DNA of 64,000 bases from Chiloscyllium plagiosum (Eukaryota): assembly GCF_004010195.1 (NCBI RefSeq), contig NC_057751.1:10834617-10898616 (forward strand), written 5' to 3'. Shown piece after piece: positions 35,989-48,415 of this stretch. A program made the position numbers and the translations under genes. Under the pieces are notes generated by a model. That model was not told the DNA's origin. It searched no databases and saw only the letters and a program-made list of their open reading frames with translations. How positions within the stretch are numbered: the first letter of the stretch is position 1; each line of letters starts with the position of its first letter.

Positions 35989-37432
35989 TAGAACATACAA
36001 CAGTACAGGCCCTTCGGCCCTTGACATTGTGCCTACCTTTTATCCTACTAACCGACATACCCTTCAATTTACTATCATCCATGTGCCTGTCCATGAGTCG
36101 CTTAAATGTTCCTAATGACTCTACTATCTCCGCTAACAGTACATTCCATGCATCCACCACTCTCTAGGTAAATAACCTACCTCTGACATCTCCCCTAAAC
36201 CTTTCTCTAATCATCTGAAAATTATGGCCCCTCATGATAGCCATTTCTGTCCTGGGAAAAAGTCTCTGACTATTTACTCTATCTAGCTTCTCATTATCTT
36301 GTATACTTTTATCAAGTTGCCTCTCATCCTCTTCACTCCAATGAGGAAAACCTTAGCTCCCTCAACCTTTCTTCATAAGACCTGCTATCCAAACCAGGCA
36401 GCATCCTGATGGATCTCCTCTGCACCCTCTCGAAAGCTTCCATATTCTTCTTATAATAAGGTGACCAGAACTGAACACAATATTCCAAGTGTGATCTAAC
36501 CAGGGCTTTATGGAGCTGCAGCATAACCTCGCGGCTCTTAAACTCAATCCCCCTGCTTATGAAAGCCAACACACCATACGCCTTTTTAACAACCCTATCA
36601 AAGTGGGTGGCAACTTCGAGGAATATATGGACGTGGACCCCAAGATAACTCTGTTCCTTCATGCTGCCAAGAATCTTGCCTTTAACCCTGTATTTTGGAT
36701 TCAAATTTGATTCCAAAATGAATCACTTCACACTTTTCCAGGTTGAACTCCATCTGCCACTTACCAACCCAGTTCTGCATCCTGTCAATGTCTTGCTACA
36801 ACCTACAACAGCCCTCCACACTATCCACAGCTGCTCCAACCTTCGTGTTATCAGCAAACTTACTGACTCACTCTGCACTTACTCATCCAAGTCATTTATA
36901 AAAATCACAGAGGTCCCAGAACAGAACACCACTGGTCACTGAACTCCAAGGTGAATATTTTTCATCTGCTACTGCCCTCTATCTTCTGTGGGCCAGCCAA
37001 ATTTCCCTGTATCCTATGCCTCCTTACTTTCTGAGTGAGCCAATCATGGAGGATCTTATCAAATGCCTTGCTAAAATCAATATATACCACATCCACTGCT
37101 CTACCTTCATCAATGTGTTTTGTCACATCCTCAAAGAATTCAGTAGGGTTTGTGAGGTATGACCTGCCCCTCACAAAACCATGCTGACTATCTCTAATCA
37201 AACTATGCTTTTCCAAGTAATCATAAATCCTATCTCTCAGAATCCTCTCCAACACTTCACCCACCACAGATGTAAGACTGACTGGTCTGTGATTCCCAGG
37301 ATTATTCCTATTCCTTTTCTTGAGCAAGGGAAAAACATTTGCCACCCTCCAGTCATCTGGCACTACTCCAGTGGACAGTGAGGGCGCAAAGATCATCAAA
37401 GGCACAACAATCTCTTCCCTTGCTTCTTGTAG
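35989..37432 (-). mobile_element. CR1/HER1-like LINE, 5'-truncated RT region and 3' end
   Basis: ORFs VPDDWRVANVFPLLKK...PGNHRPVSLTSVVG...SQHGFVRGRS...VDVVYIDFSKAFDKI and LVRSHLEYCVQFWSPYY. Confidence 0.92.
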
Positions 37433-40400
37433 TAATTCATGGGAGCTAAGACACTGACAGCAGTTTGACTTGAATTCCAGTTTATTGAAAGTAGAACATG
37501 GGAGACCAGCCACACACACACACACAGTCAAGTCTCAAGGTAACAGCGATAGAAATGTTACCTTTCAGAGTGATTGAGCAGGAGTGGAGTCCAGCAATGT
37601 TGCAGAGGTGGAACTGAGCACTGTCAATGTAATGTAATACTTGGTATCAGAAGATCAGTCGATGGTGAAATATGGAAAGACTCTTGTCAGTCTGGGTCAG
37701 CCTCAGATGATGTCCAGGGAGTACAATGAATTCTGAGCTTGGAATGAGCGTTTGTGGTCGTCAACAACATTAGTTTTGGCCTTTGCAATATATAATTTGA
37801 GCAACCTCTGCTCCATTGGTGCTGACTGTTGCATAAGCATCGTAAGGAGTGGAAGAGGCAAGAAGCAAGGTGTGAGTTGTTGCTGGGCAGCTCTGAAGGT
37901 GCATTTTTGGATGGCAGTATTCATAGATGACATGGGGTATCATGCCATGTGATGGAAAGTATGGGAAGAGAAATTATTGTCAGGGTTTCTGTGGTTATGA
38001 CTGAATAGAAAGCAAAGAAAATGTGAGTGCAGTTCTGCTCTGAACCATATGGAGAGTTGCTGGAGGGTGTTGGTGTTGTCAACTGTCTGGAGATAGCAGA
38101 CATGTTGAGACGGCTGAGGAGTGTTTGGTTTACTATGGTCAGTTACACATCAGTAAAATGCGAACCCAAATTCAAGATCAACTGAAGTTTCATTTTCTAC
38201 GTAACATGTTCCTCCTCCACTTGTTTTGCATCGATCCCACACTGAGGATATAGCAACACTTTGAGATTTAAAATACACTTGAGTAACCTGAATTAGATTT
38301 CTTCTCCCTTCCTTCATATGCCTCACACAGTACAGAAACTTTGTCTCAAAAGCTCAGCTGAAGTTTGGATGAGCTTGTGAAAGCATTGCTTTCTCCACAG
38401 ACAATCCTGTTCTGTTGTCATTTTTGTAGGTTTCCCATTTTGACAGAATTGCTGATGTGCAACAAATCCAAGGAAAAGTAAAGGACATTTCCTTTTTTTT
38501 GGCCAAATTTCACCTTTCCCAATACCTTTGCGTACGTTCTGCCCTGCCCTTTTCAGGCTTCCTTCTTACCATGCAATTGTAAACCAAATTGTGGGGTATC
38601 ACCATTCTTTACTTTGTGACAAGTTCATTTCGAAAACAGTTTTATTTTGTGAAAACTTGTTCTGCCATTTTCTTTTTTCTTCCTCAGTTTGAATATGGCT
38701 TCACAACATGCCACCTGCACATGAGGGTCAGTCGGGTAGGGGAACCAGTCCTCAGCAACTGCCATTGAAGTGTGCACAAGTGTCCCAGGTACCAAATCTG
38801 AGATTGGGAATTTAGTGTGGAGTATTGAAGCCGCTATCAAATTCCTTCTTAAGACATTGTCTGTTGGTACCTCAGAATTACATCCTGAAGCAGATGTGGG
38901 CTCTTCCCTCTCTCAAAGGGAACAGTGTCTACTCAGGTTATCTTTCGGTAATTGAATCTTGCATCAGTTTGTCTCAAAAATTCAATTTTCAGTTGAGCAC
39001 ATTTAATGAACGTAACTGTTCACTGACTAAGATTATACTTGGAAGCTGCAATACTGAGTTTGGAGACTGACTGACTGGAAGGGCATTGGAAAAGGTGAAC
39101 ACAAATGAAAAGCTCAGCTGGCCAAGAAATCCCAGAGACCATGGGCCACTGAATTATGCTCCTTCTCAGCTCACTGTCTTCCTCTGAAGCAAATGCAGCA
39201 TGGACTGCTGTGCCAAATTTACACAAGTCACACCCTAAGTCACATCATCCGATCTTAAAAGAGTAACCACCTCAGCAAAGTTGTCATCTTGAGAAATAGA
39301 AAGCAGCGACAAACTAGTTCAGTGTGATCACAGTTTCAAAATAATTAAAACCTAATAATATTTGGGTGTGATCACATTAGAAATCAACTGGGTTGCTTTG
39401 AAATGAATTTAGGACAACGTGCTTTCTTCCCGTTGAGAACAGGTTGTGACTGCCAAACTCTGGTCAATCAGTGATGAATCAGTTTTTGGGCTGTTTCTAA
39501 ATTGGAAACTCTGTAGGCTTTTTTGGGAAGGTAGAAATTTGAACTGTAGCCAGTGCAACTTAATCACACTTTATACATTGCCAATCAAACATAGAACAGC
39601 CAATGATAAGTAATTTACTCTGAACCTTGATTCCTTACTTAGGGTGAAGCAAAAGAATCATGTCAGTATTAAAAAGCATCAGTCATCTTCAGTGATAAAA
39701 TATTAGCCGAATACCTTCAAACCCAGCCATTGTGTCAAGAAACATAGAAGAAGTTAGTTGAGTCCAAGTGTTAACAGCTTTGAAATACTAAAATTCAGAC
39801 CATTCCAAATAACTGGAAGGTCTTGAAGGCTTTTAAACTCTTCCTTTTTTTATCCCTTTATTTGAACTGCAAATAGGTAGAATGTTCAAAGACCACATTC
39901 ATGCAAATGAGAAGTACTGTCACTGGATGCAAAAGAGAAAATGATGGGTTCTATTCTCCAATACTGCCACATCGGTTTGCCTTGGCTTGCGAGAAAAATT
40001 GATCAAGGAGAGTACTCACTGTTTTTCAGAAATAAGAAGGTGTTTTTTTTTCTTGAAGTTTTGCTTCAGTGAGGAAGAAAGGTTGTGTGGCACAGCCTGG
40101 CTCTCAGGAGGTTGAACACACACAACCTGAACCCTGCTGAAGATTTCACTCTGCCTATTTCAATTGAGAGAGCTCTGCCACCTTGCCTCACAGGTGCCAT
40201 ACAGTGTTCCATACGGTGGTGGTGGAAGGAGGGCTACCCGAGGTCAGAAAAAAAAGAGCTTTCCTTGCTGTTTTCATCTGCTCATTTGGTGAAAGATTAG
40301 CTTGTTACTGTTGGATGGGTCCGTGAGGCACCAGTCTCTCTCCCTGGCAAGCGGATTAGGATTCCACCAAACTGGCAAATGTCAAACAGGAAGTAGGAGA

Positions 40401-42190
40401 AGAGATAAGAAAATTATTAGAGACGAAATGAAATAAATTGAAAAGAACTGTTCCCATTTCGGAACTTGAGTTGTTGGGGTTTGTTTGGGGCTGGACATAA
40501 TAATGGGGAAGAGAGTTTACAAATGACCATCAGTGATGTCTCACATAAAATGCATGATTGATAACAGCTCAACCGATGTCATAGTTTCTACTAAAGTGTT
40601 TGCATGTTCACAGTTCTTCCTTTGAGCATTCTACCTTGCGTCTCGAATTAGCCCTTTCACCAGCACAAACACCCTATTGATGGCTAGGAAAAGAGCCACC
40701 TCAGAGTTAAAATTCACAGCGTAAGGATTCTCTCTCTGTGGTACAATTAGATTTGGCTTGGATTTGGTCTTCTGCTTGTGAAACATTGCACAAGGTATTG
40801 ATATGAATTGAAATGTGAACAAAAAGAACACAACTTTAAAATGAATCCTTCCAACAAGTTTTCTTCCATAAGAGATTGACTGAATCTACTGGGCTGATGA
40901 AAGGGTGGACAGAGCTCTATTTAGTTCCATTCTTTAATTGTAATTTATGCAACAAAGCTGCAGCATCCCTTTTGTTGTTAATCCTCAAATCATTTAAAAA
41001 ACAATGTTCTAGACTCTTCATTTGCCATTTCTGTCAGACATATTTCGAGTCACATTGCCAGAGATCCAGGTGATATTCTGACTTCCTGTCTTGGATAATG
41101 GCATAAAGTGTTCCACAGATCAGCAATATTACCATTGACAGGGCTGTGTTCACCCTCAGCTGGCTTTTCGTCCTGTGGAAGCTGAGAGATAACCCATCAT
41201 GACACCGACTGCTTCTGGGAAGACTTTTTCTGATGTTTCCTGAGTAGTGAGCACATCTTGAAATGCAGGCAGCACATAGACTTGACATCCCTTGAACAGG
41301 CAGAGTGACTAATGGAGAAGAGCAAACAAATGGACCTGGCCAAGCAATTGGGTTGACACCTTGGTCTTAGTTCACTGTCATGACATTGTGTTTTTTATTG
41401 GCCAAATTTCCCCTCTCTCTCTCTCCTTTGCCCAATTCTCAGTTTGTTGTTTTTTTTTAATCTCTGCCACAGACGATCTCACTTCAACCCATATTTTGTC
41501 TGTTTTGTGTTCACTCACTGCCCAAATCATAACAGTGGAGCTTGAACGGAAACTGCCTTCCAAGGATACTTTGCAGATTGGAATAATTCTGCTTTTGTTC
41601 CACTCATTTCTTCATTCCCTGTCAGCCTGCCTTGACTAAATGACTTTAAGACTTCACATCTTAATAAAGAGCTCATGATGAGCTTGAACAAGCACAGAGT
41701 GTGAATGACTAAGTTGAGAAACTGTAAAGAACCTTCGTATAGGCTGTCTTTGTTGAACAGTCAGTGTACCAAACAACCAAACAGATTGGTCATGCATGAT
41801 GAATAAATAAGGTGCTGAACCTGCATCCCAGTACTTCACAGGGCCAAAGCTGTTAGAGGAAGCAAACATTGGAAACCTCTCAATTTGGCCAGTATCCTGA
41901 GCATTTATGAGATTGCTGTTAAGTTTTTGTCTCTTTGAAATGCAGCCTGAACTTCTGAGAAAGGGATACTGCAGCTCAACACTTGTACTTTAAGTCATAT
42001 AATTTGTACTTTTTTCAGGATTTAAGACATTTTGTTTTCTTGACAATGTCCTTTAAAAACATTGACCGTCAGACTTAGTCTTCAGGATTGTGTACCTGAT
42101 CTGGACCTGGTGTTAGGAAATGTGCCACATGTGCAACAAGTCACAATTTCTTGTGTTTTTTTTCTTTTTCTCGTGTTGGTCTCTATTCAG

Positions 42191-42223
42191 AAAAGGAAGT
42201 CAAGTTCCAGTGTTCAATTAATG
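42191..42223 (+). CDS. CAMK2B: 33-nt nuclear localisation signal cassette exon KRKSSSSVQLM
   Basis: tattcag acceptor, atg|GTGAGG donor, phase 0-0. Matches the CaMKII alphaB-type NLS insert; forms K-KRK with the preceding exon. Confidence 0.93.
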
Positions 42224-43497
42224 GTGAGGACCCTTTTGAAATTTCAATTCACTTCACGTTAATCTTATTTCTTTTTTTTCCCCCTTTTTTCCCTGCCAGG
42301 AGATGATGTTGCGTGTTCACGGATTTTCATGATTTAAGTCCCAACCAGAATAGAAATACTGAAGTCTGTGCATGTTGACAACAGTTAGAGGTCCATTTGG
42401 TAAATGGCATTAAACTGACCAAATGCCTCCTTCCTCTCTCCCTTTCTGTCTTGCTTCCTTCTCTTTCTCCATATGCTTCTTGTCACAAGATTCAATAATG
42501 TGCTTTCAGTACAATCACTGCAGTTGATAGCAGAATTAACATCTCAGTTAGATAATTCAATGGATCGAAAGGAACCAAAACAGCAGCCAAGTGATTTGGT
42601 TGGATTCTCTCCTCATTCTTGAACATTATGGGTTATTTATTATTAACATCTGATTTTAATTTTAAATTTCTGCTGTGAATGGTCAATGACTGGTTTTGAT
42701 AATTTTTATGCTGCTTTACATTCTTGAGATTTGTGCTCAGGATTGTCCATCAGATTATTCTCCAGTCACCAACTACAGAGAAATTAGCCAACCCCCTGGA
42801 AATCCATTATATGTAGTTCTCAATTATTAAACTTCCAGAAATTGACAAAAACTATGACTCCCCATCAAATAATGAAGACCAACATTTTTATCATGTCATT
42901 CAGGACCTCAGGTTGTCCCAAAGCACTTTACAGCCATTGAAATGTATAAGTTTGTAAGATAACTCACTGGCAAAGTCATGCAAATCAAACTTGCACAAAC
43001 GGCAACTTGATAATGATCGTCTGTTTTAGTATTGTTGTTTGAGGGATAAATGGTGTCTCAGACAATGAAGGTGTATTCCAGTGCTGTTCCTCAAAATAAT
43101 AGTGATTTCCTTTCTGTGTACTTGAGAAGCTGAAAAACTAAAATTGTGAGGTGTCCTCTGCCCCTTTGAGATTTTGACATGACACAGAGAACATCTGTTC
43201 ATTGTTTCTGTCCTTGCTTTATGGACAAGCTCTCTCAGGAAAATTCTTAACAGCAAGGCTCTCACCCTAAAGCAATTGGACTGACTCCTTACCTGACTGA
43301 AAATTGAATGCAAATCTTTGATAACATGTAACACAGATATAGCCAGGATATCACTGAATATTACTTTATGCAGCAGGTCTAGACAGGAAGAAGCCACTTG
43401 ACTTGCTACTTGTGTTACCTGTTTCCTTTGTTGTTGGTGTACATCCCTCTTGAGGTCCGAAGCACGAGAAAATAATTTTATGAAAAACCTTACTTTG

Positions 43498-43793
43498 GGG
43501 CGGCGCGGTGGCTCAGTGGTTAGCGCTGCTGCCTCACAGCACCAGGGACCCGGGTTCGATTCCAGCCTCTGGCGACTGTGTGGAGTTTGCATGTTCTTCC
43601 CTTGTCTGCACAGGTGCTCCAGTTTCTTCCCATAATCTCACAATTAGGTGAATTGGCTATGCTATAGGTTAGGTGCATGAGTCCTGGGTAAATGTAGGAG
43701 AGTGAGTTTGAGTGGGATACTCTTCAGATGGTTGGTGTGGACTTGTTGGGCTGTACGGCCTGTTTCCACACAGCAGGGCTTCTAATTTTAATT
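43498..43793 (+). mobile_element. HE1-like V-SINE
   Basis: Pol III A box tggctcagtgg and B box ggttcgattcc; body matches 57644-57962. Confidence 0.88.
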
Positions 43794-44402
43794 CTGCTTG
43801 GCCCTGCAGAAAGGCCACTAAGTATTCCACATGTAGTCAATGACTTTGAAATGCAGTCGCCTATGTAAATGGATGTGGCAGTCAGTTTCTGTACAGAGGG
43901 ACTCATAACTGCCCAATATGACTTCGATAGTTTTGGCAGTGTTGTTTGGTGGAGGAATATTGGCTAGGACACTTCCACCTTGTTTTAAAGTATCAACTTG
44001 ACCAAGCAGTGAAGACCTACATTGGTCAAAGAAAACCAGGAAGTGCAAGACAAACTCAACCAGGCTGCCAGCAGCAGTTTTGGAGAATTATAATGAATTC
44101 AAAATGTTAATTCTGTTTCTCTTTCCACAGATGTTGCCAAGATCCTGCTGATTTTCTTGGGCACTTTCTGTTTTTACTTCTGATCTCTAGCATCCACAGC
44201 ATTTTGCTGTTATCAGCACTCTTCATGTCTCCTCCAGTAATGCAGCACTCCTTCCAAGATTGTGCTCAACACATCAAGTTGGGCTCGAACTCACAATTTT
44301 CTGAGGTGAAGGCTTTGAGTCATTCTGAACTAATCTGAATCACTGGTGATTATTTGAAAGCTGAGACATGCTTAGTAGGCAATGCAGTCCTGGCTCCAAA
44401 AT

Positions 44403-44612
44403 GGACAGAAATTGCTGGTTCAACTCAGCAGGTCTGATAGTATCTGGGGGAAGAAAGCACAATTAATATTTTGAGTCCAGTCACCCTTCATAAGAGTTTC
44501 GATGAAGAGACACTGGACTCTAAACGTTAACTGCTTTTTTTCCCAGATGCTGCCAGATTTGCTGAGATTTGCCAGCAATTTCTGTTTTCATTTCAGATGT
44601 CCAGCATCTCCC
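44403..44612. mobile_element. Fold-back PLE terminal element of a second family, with a degenerate hammerhead-like core
   Basis: Inverted arms acagaaattgctgg... / ...ccagcaatttctgt. Centre reads gatgaagagacactggactctaaacgttaact. Confidence 0.65.
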
Positions 44613-44784
44613 GTTCTTCATGAAATTTCAGTCCTCCAACTTTAGACTCCAATGTCAACTGATGAGATTTGTCTTGCCCCAGAACATTGAGTCGTTATCA
44701 CAAGTCCTATGTGAAAGGGATGCAAACACAGTGTCAATCATGAAGTGACTGTGCATGACTAGTATATTGGTAACTAAAATGAAC

Positions 44785-44909
44785 TGAAATCCCTTCCTGA
44801 TGAACAGCTTTTGCCTGAAACATCGATTTTCCTGCTCCTCGGATGCTGCCTGACCTGCTGTGCTTTTCGACTACTCTGATCTCCAGCATCTACAGTCCTC
44901 ACTTCCACC
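44785..44909 (+). mobile_element. PLE terminal fragment with 14-bp TSD
   Basis: cctgatgaacagcttttgcctgaaacatcg..., flanked by taactaaaatgaac at 44771-44784 and 44910-44923. Confidence 0.8.
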
Positions 44910-46781
44910 TAACTAAAATGAACACCTTGTTGCTCACCACTATTGGAATAGATAGGACTGATGGTTGTATTAAGTGCAGCTACTTTGAGAAATATAATAC
45001 TTAGATCTTGAGGTGAACTGTTCTACTAAGATACCAGCAAGAATTATGTTTTAGCTCTGAAAACTGAGTGTTCAAATGTAATATTTATGGTCACCAAAGC
45101 CACCAGGTTTTCTGTATCTCATGTCCTGTGTCTCTGAGCAACAACAATCTTGTTTCTGAAAGATCATGCACAGTCAATCCGTTCAGAATTTTGTGTAGTC
45201 TTTAATCTAAAAGACAGGAAATATTTCTGCTAAAATGGATGTAAAGTGACTCCAATTGACTTAAAAGCCATTTTCTGCCAAGCAACACAATTTACGACTT
45301 GATCGAACTTTATCAAACCCACTAATTCAACTGCTCAATTCTAAGTCCAGATAGTTCAAACTGAAACATTAGTTCCTTACTCAGCTGTGAAATTCAGGCG
45401 ATGTTAGTTTATCAGTCCCTGTGTTCAGGATATTTAGGGTCATGGGACCAGGCGGGTAAATTGAGTTAAGGCACAGATCACTCCTGATTTGTGAATGTCA
45501 TGAACAGCAGATAATGCTCAAGGGAGCATATGGTTACCTCCTGTACCTGTCACATTCTTTTGCAGTTTGCTGTGTGGATTATTTGTGGCGCTCTGCACAA
45601 TCTCCAGTGTTGGTGAACGAATGTCATAGGCCTTGCAGGAAAAGCTTTAAATAGCTAATGTTGATCACCTTATAGTTTTGTGCTCAGTAGCAGGAAGTAA
45701 GCACAATTAGCCAAACTTGTGCTAGTTTGTGAATTAAGGTGAAAATATTTTCAATTGAAACGTGATTTTCACGAAGCAGCAGCAGTTCCAGTGTATATTT
45801 TAGAAGATGGTGGTTGAAAATGAAGGTGCATTCTTCTGGAAAGGTCAGTGACCTTCAGCAGTACAATACTGCATAACTGAGCTCCAAGCTATCCCGGAAT
45901 ATAAATTTATTTTGGTTTCTGTTTTCCCTCCATCCCTGTTTGGAGCAATCTCAGCTTCTGTGCTGTGTTGGTCACTGGAATTTGAATCAGAAAGATGAAC
46001 GTAACAACATGAAGTACTTGCATTTATAAATTGCCTTTAACATAACAGAATATCCTTGACAGAATTGATACTCAAACAAAATTTGACATTGAGCAATTTA
46101 AGAGGCAAGTAGATAGAAATGCATGGACAGAATTCCTATCTTGTTCCAGAAATCAGGGTTTAAGTAGCTGAAGGCAAAGAAAGTAGGCAGTACAGAAGAG
46201 GTCAAAGCTCAAGGGATTCATGGGTTGTCAAACCAAAGGAAGTTACAGAGACAGGGATATGTAAATAGGTTGGATTTGATTATGACAGTGAAGTCTTCAT
46301 TCTTAAAGTGTCAGTAGATTTGGAACCAGTTTAGCTCAAAGCATCATGTTGGTGGGTGAATGGCAGTCAGTAGGTTCTGGCTATAAATGAGTAATGCTTT
46401 CTTTGCATCAAGTCCTGCAGCATGTGACGCTCCTGTGGTACCAGAGAATTGAACTTTGAGAATCCTGCTGAGTTAAATTGGACATGAGAGTAAAGGCAAA
46501 AAGGGCATCTTCTGGCCTTGTAGCAACTGCAGTTAAGAATTTCTGAGACCAGTATGCTGCCTTTTTGTTGGGAACCAGACTGACAATGGATTTGTGAGGA
46601 TGATTTTGTGGTTCAAATGTTATTTCTTGATATTTGTGAAAATATTTTAAATGAGGAAATTTTCTTTTTAAATCACGGCCCAAAATCCCAGAGAAGCTAT
46701 TTCAGCAGTTTGGTGAACACCTCTAAACACAAGAAGAGGAAAGGTTCACACTCAGTCCTTGAGCTGATCGTTTCATAGCTC

Positions 46782-47863
46782 CTGTTTGTCCATGTTATTG
46801 CATAAAAGAGATTTTGCTTGGCAGCTTTATCAAATCACTGCTATTCATTTTGAGCTTCTCCTTTCACTTGCCAAATGACTTTGCCATCATTCTCCAGCAT
46901 TTTCAGTAACTTTAACCCAGAAAATTAAAAAAAACACTTCTTGTGGATAGACCGGCACACAATCTGTTTCATGTTTAAGTACAGATTCTACCAAAAAGCC
47001 AAAAACTATGTGTGTCAGTGTTACATCTTTGGAAAAGGTTATAGTTTTGGCTGTCAATTTTGTGGTAAATCTGTGGATTGGAGCTAGAAGGTCTGAGTTG
47101 TGCTGAATAATGCAACTAAGACTGATCTGACAGGCAACTTTGGATTGGATTAAATTTGAAAACATTGCACTCAACTGATGGATTATTTCTGACCTGTATG
47201 GAAAAACCTGGCATACATTCCTGCTGTATCTGGCCCATACCTTGCACCAAAAGTCTCCTTTCATCCTTGTGCAATGGCAGTTGACAAGATACCTTTTGAG
47301 GATGAACTGTTGTGCCAATCCCCTAACTAATGAAAGACCAATCAACACCAGGCAAATCAAAAACAGAATGATGCCTTTAGACAATATTCTCTAAATTCTA
47401 ACTTAAGAAGGAATGTACTGCCAGTTCATGTTTTTTGCTGGAAATAATGTGGAGCCCTAATAAATGGTGAGAGTTTGGCCCAGCTCACACAGCAGAAAGG
47501 TCTACAGTTGGAACATTTCCAGTGGATCTGGAAAAACTTAACTCAGCTATTCACTTATCTGTGGGTAATGTTATATAAAATTGTAAAGGTACCAGTTCTC
47601 TGTCAGTCTTGGAATGAGGTTTCATATACACATTTTGGGAAAAACTGATCCAAGAAAGATTTTAAATAAAAAGTAAAATTTGTTATCTTTCGTTGGGTGA
47701 CTTGATTTTCGTCCAAATGTTAGATATCAAGTTTATCCATGTGCAAGTATATAAAAAGCTCGTCTTCTGCAAGTATGGAAATGAGAAATTTCTGTTTGTC
47801 CATGTTATTGCAAAAAAGAGATTTTGCTTGGCAGCTTTATCAAATCACTGCTATTCATTTTGA
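46782..47863 (+). repeat. 72-bp direct repeat pair (46782-46853 and 47792-47863)
   Basis: 71/72 identical by direct comparison, 1010 bp apart. Confidence 0.9.
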
Positions 47864-48346
47864 CTCAGTTTATAGGGTTTGACAGTTCTGACTGGTCAAA
47901 TTTGGCAAATGAGGAATTGTGAAGCAATACTGGAAATGGCATGTCACTGATTTTGGTGTTCATAACTCTTGCTTTTCCTTATCCACAGAGATTGAACTGT
48001 TTGATGTGTTAATTGAACCTACACACTTTGTAATGGGAAAACACAGCTCCCACAATTGGAGGTAAAATAAGTCTCAAATTAACAGCTGTAGTAGCATTAA
48101 TATCCTTAAAATTTGTGTACCCTCTTTTTGAGACTCACATTTCAAAGCCAACTCATAAACTACGAAAGCGAACCTGTTCCAACCAACCAGCAGTAGTAAA
48201 GCCAATGTTCACGGGTGGATCAAAGTAATTCTGTACCTCAGACAGTTCAATATCTGCCACCTCAGTTTGATCTCCTGACCCAGGTGGGCTTGGAGGTGAA
48301 AAGTGGACGTGAAATCAACCTAAATCCTCTGTTGTTTTCTGCACAG

Positions 48347-48415
48347 CCTCAGATAAACAGCACCAAAAACAACGTAGTAACCAGTCCTAAAGGAAACATT
48401 CCCTGCCCTGCACTG
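48347..48415 (+). CDS. CAMK2B: Linker cassette exon PQINSTKNNVVTSPKGNIPCPAL
   Basis: 69 nt, phase 0-0, ctgcacag acceptor, ctg|GTATTG donor. Homologous to beta [24 protein letters not shown]. Confidence 0.92.

Noticed and set aside
42062..42190. Hydrophobic frame reading into the NLS exon (alphaKAP-like)
   Set aside because: Starts at TTG with no in-frame ATG; the hydrophobicity comes from the pyrimidine tract.
46887..47384. 165-aa minus-strand ORF between the 72-bp repeats
   Set aside because: Non-ATG start and no recognisable transposase or other domain motif.
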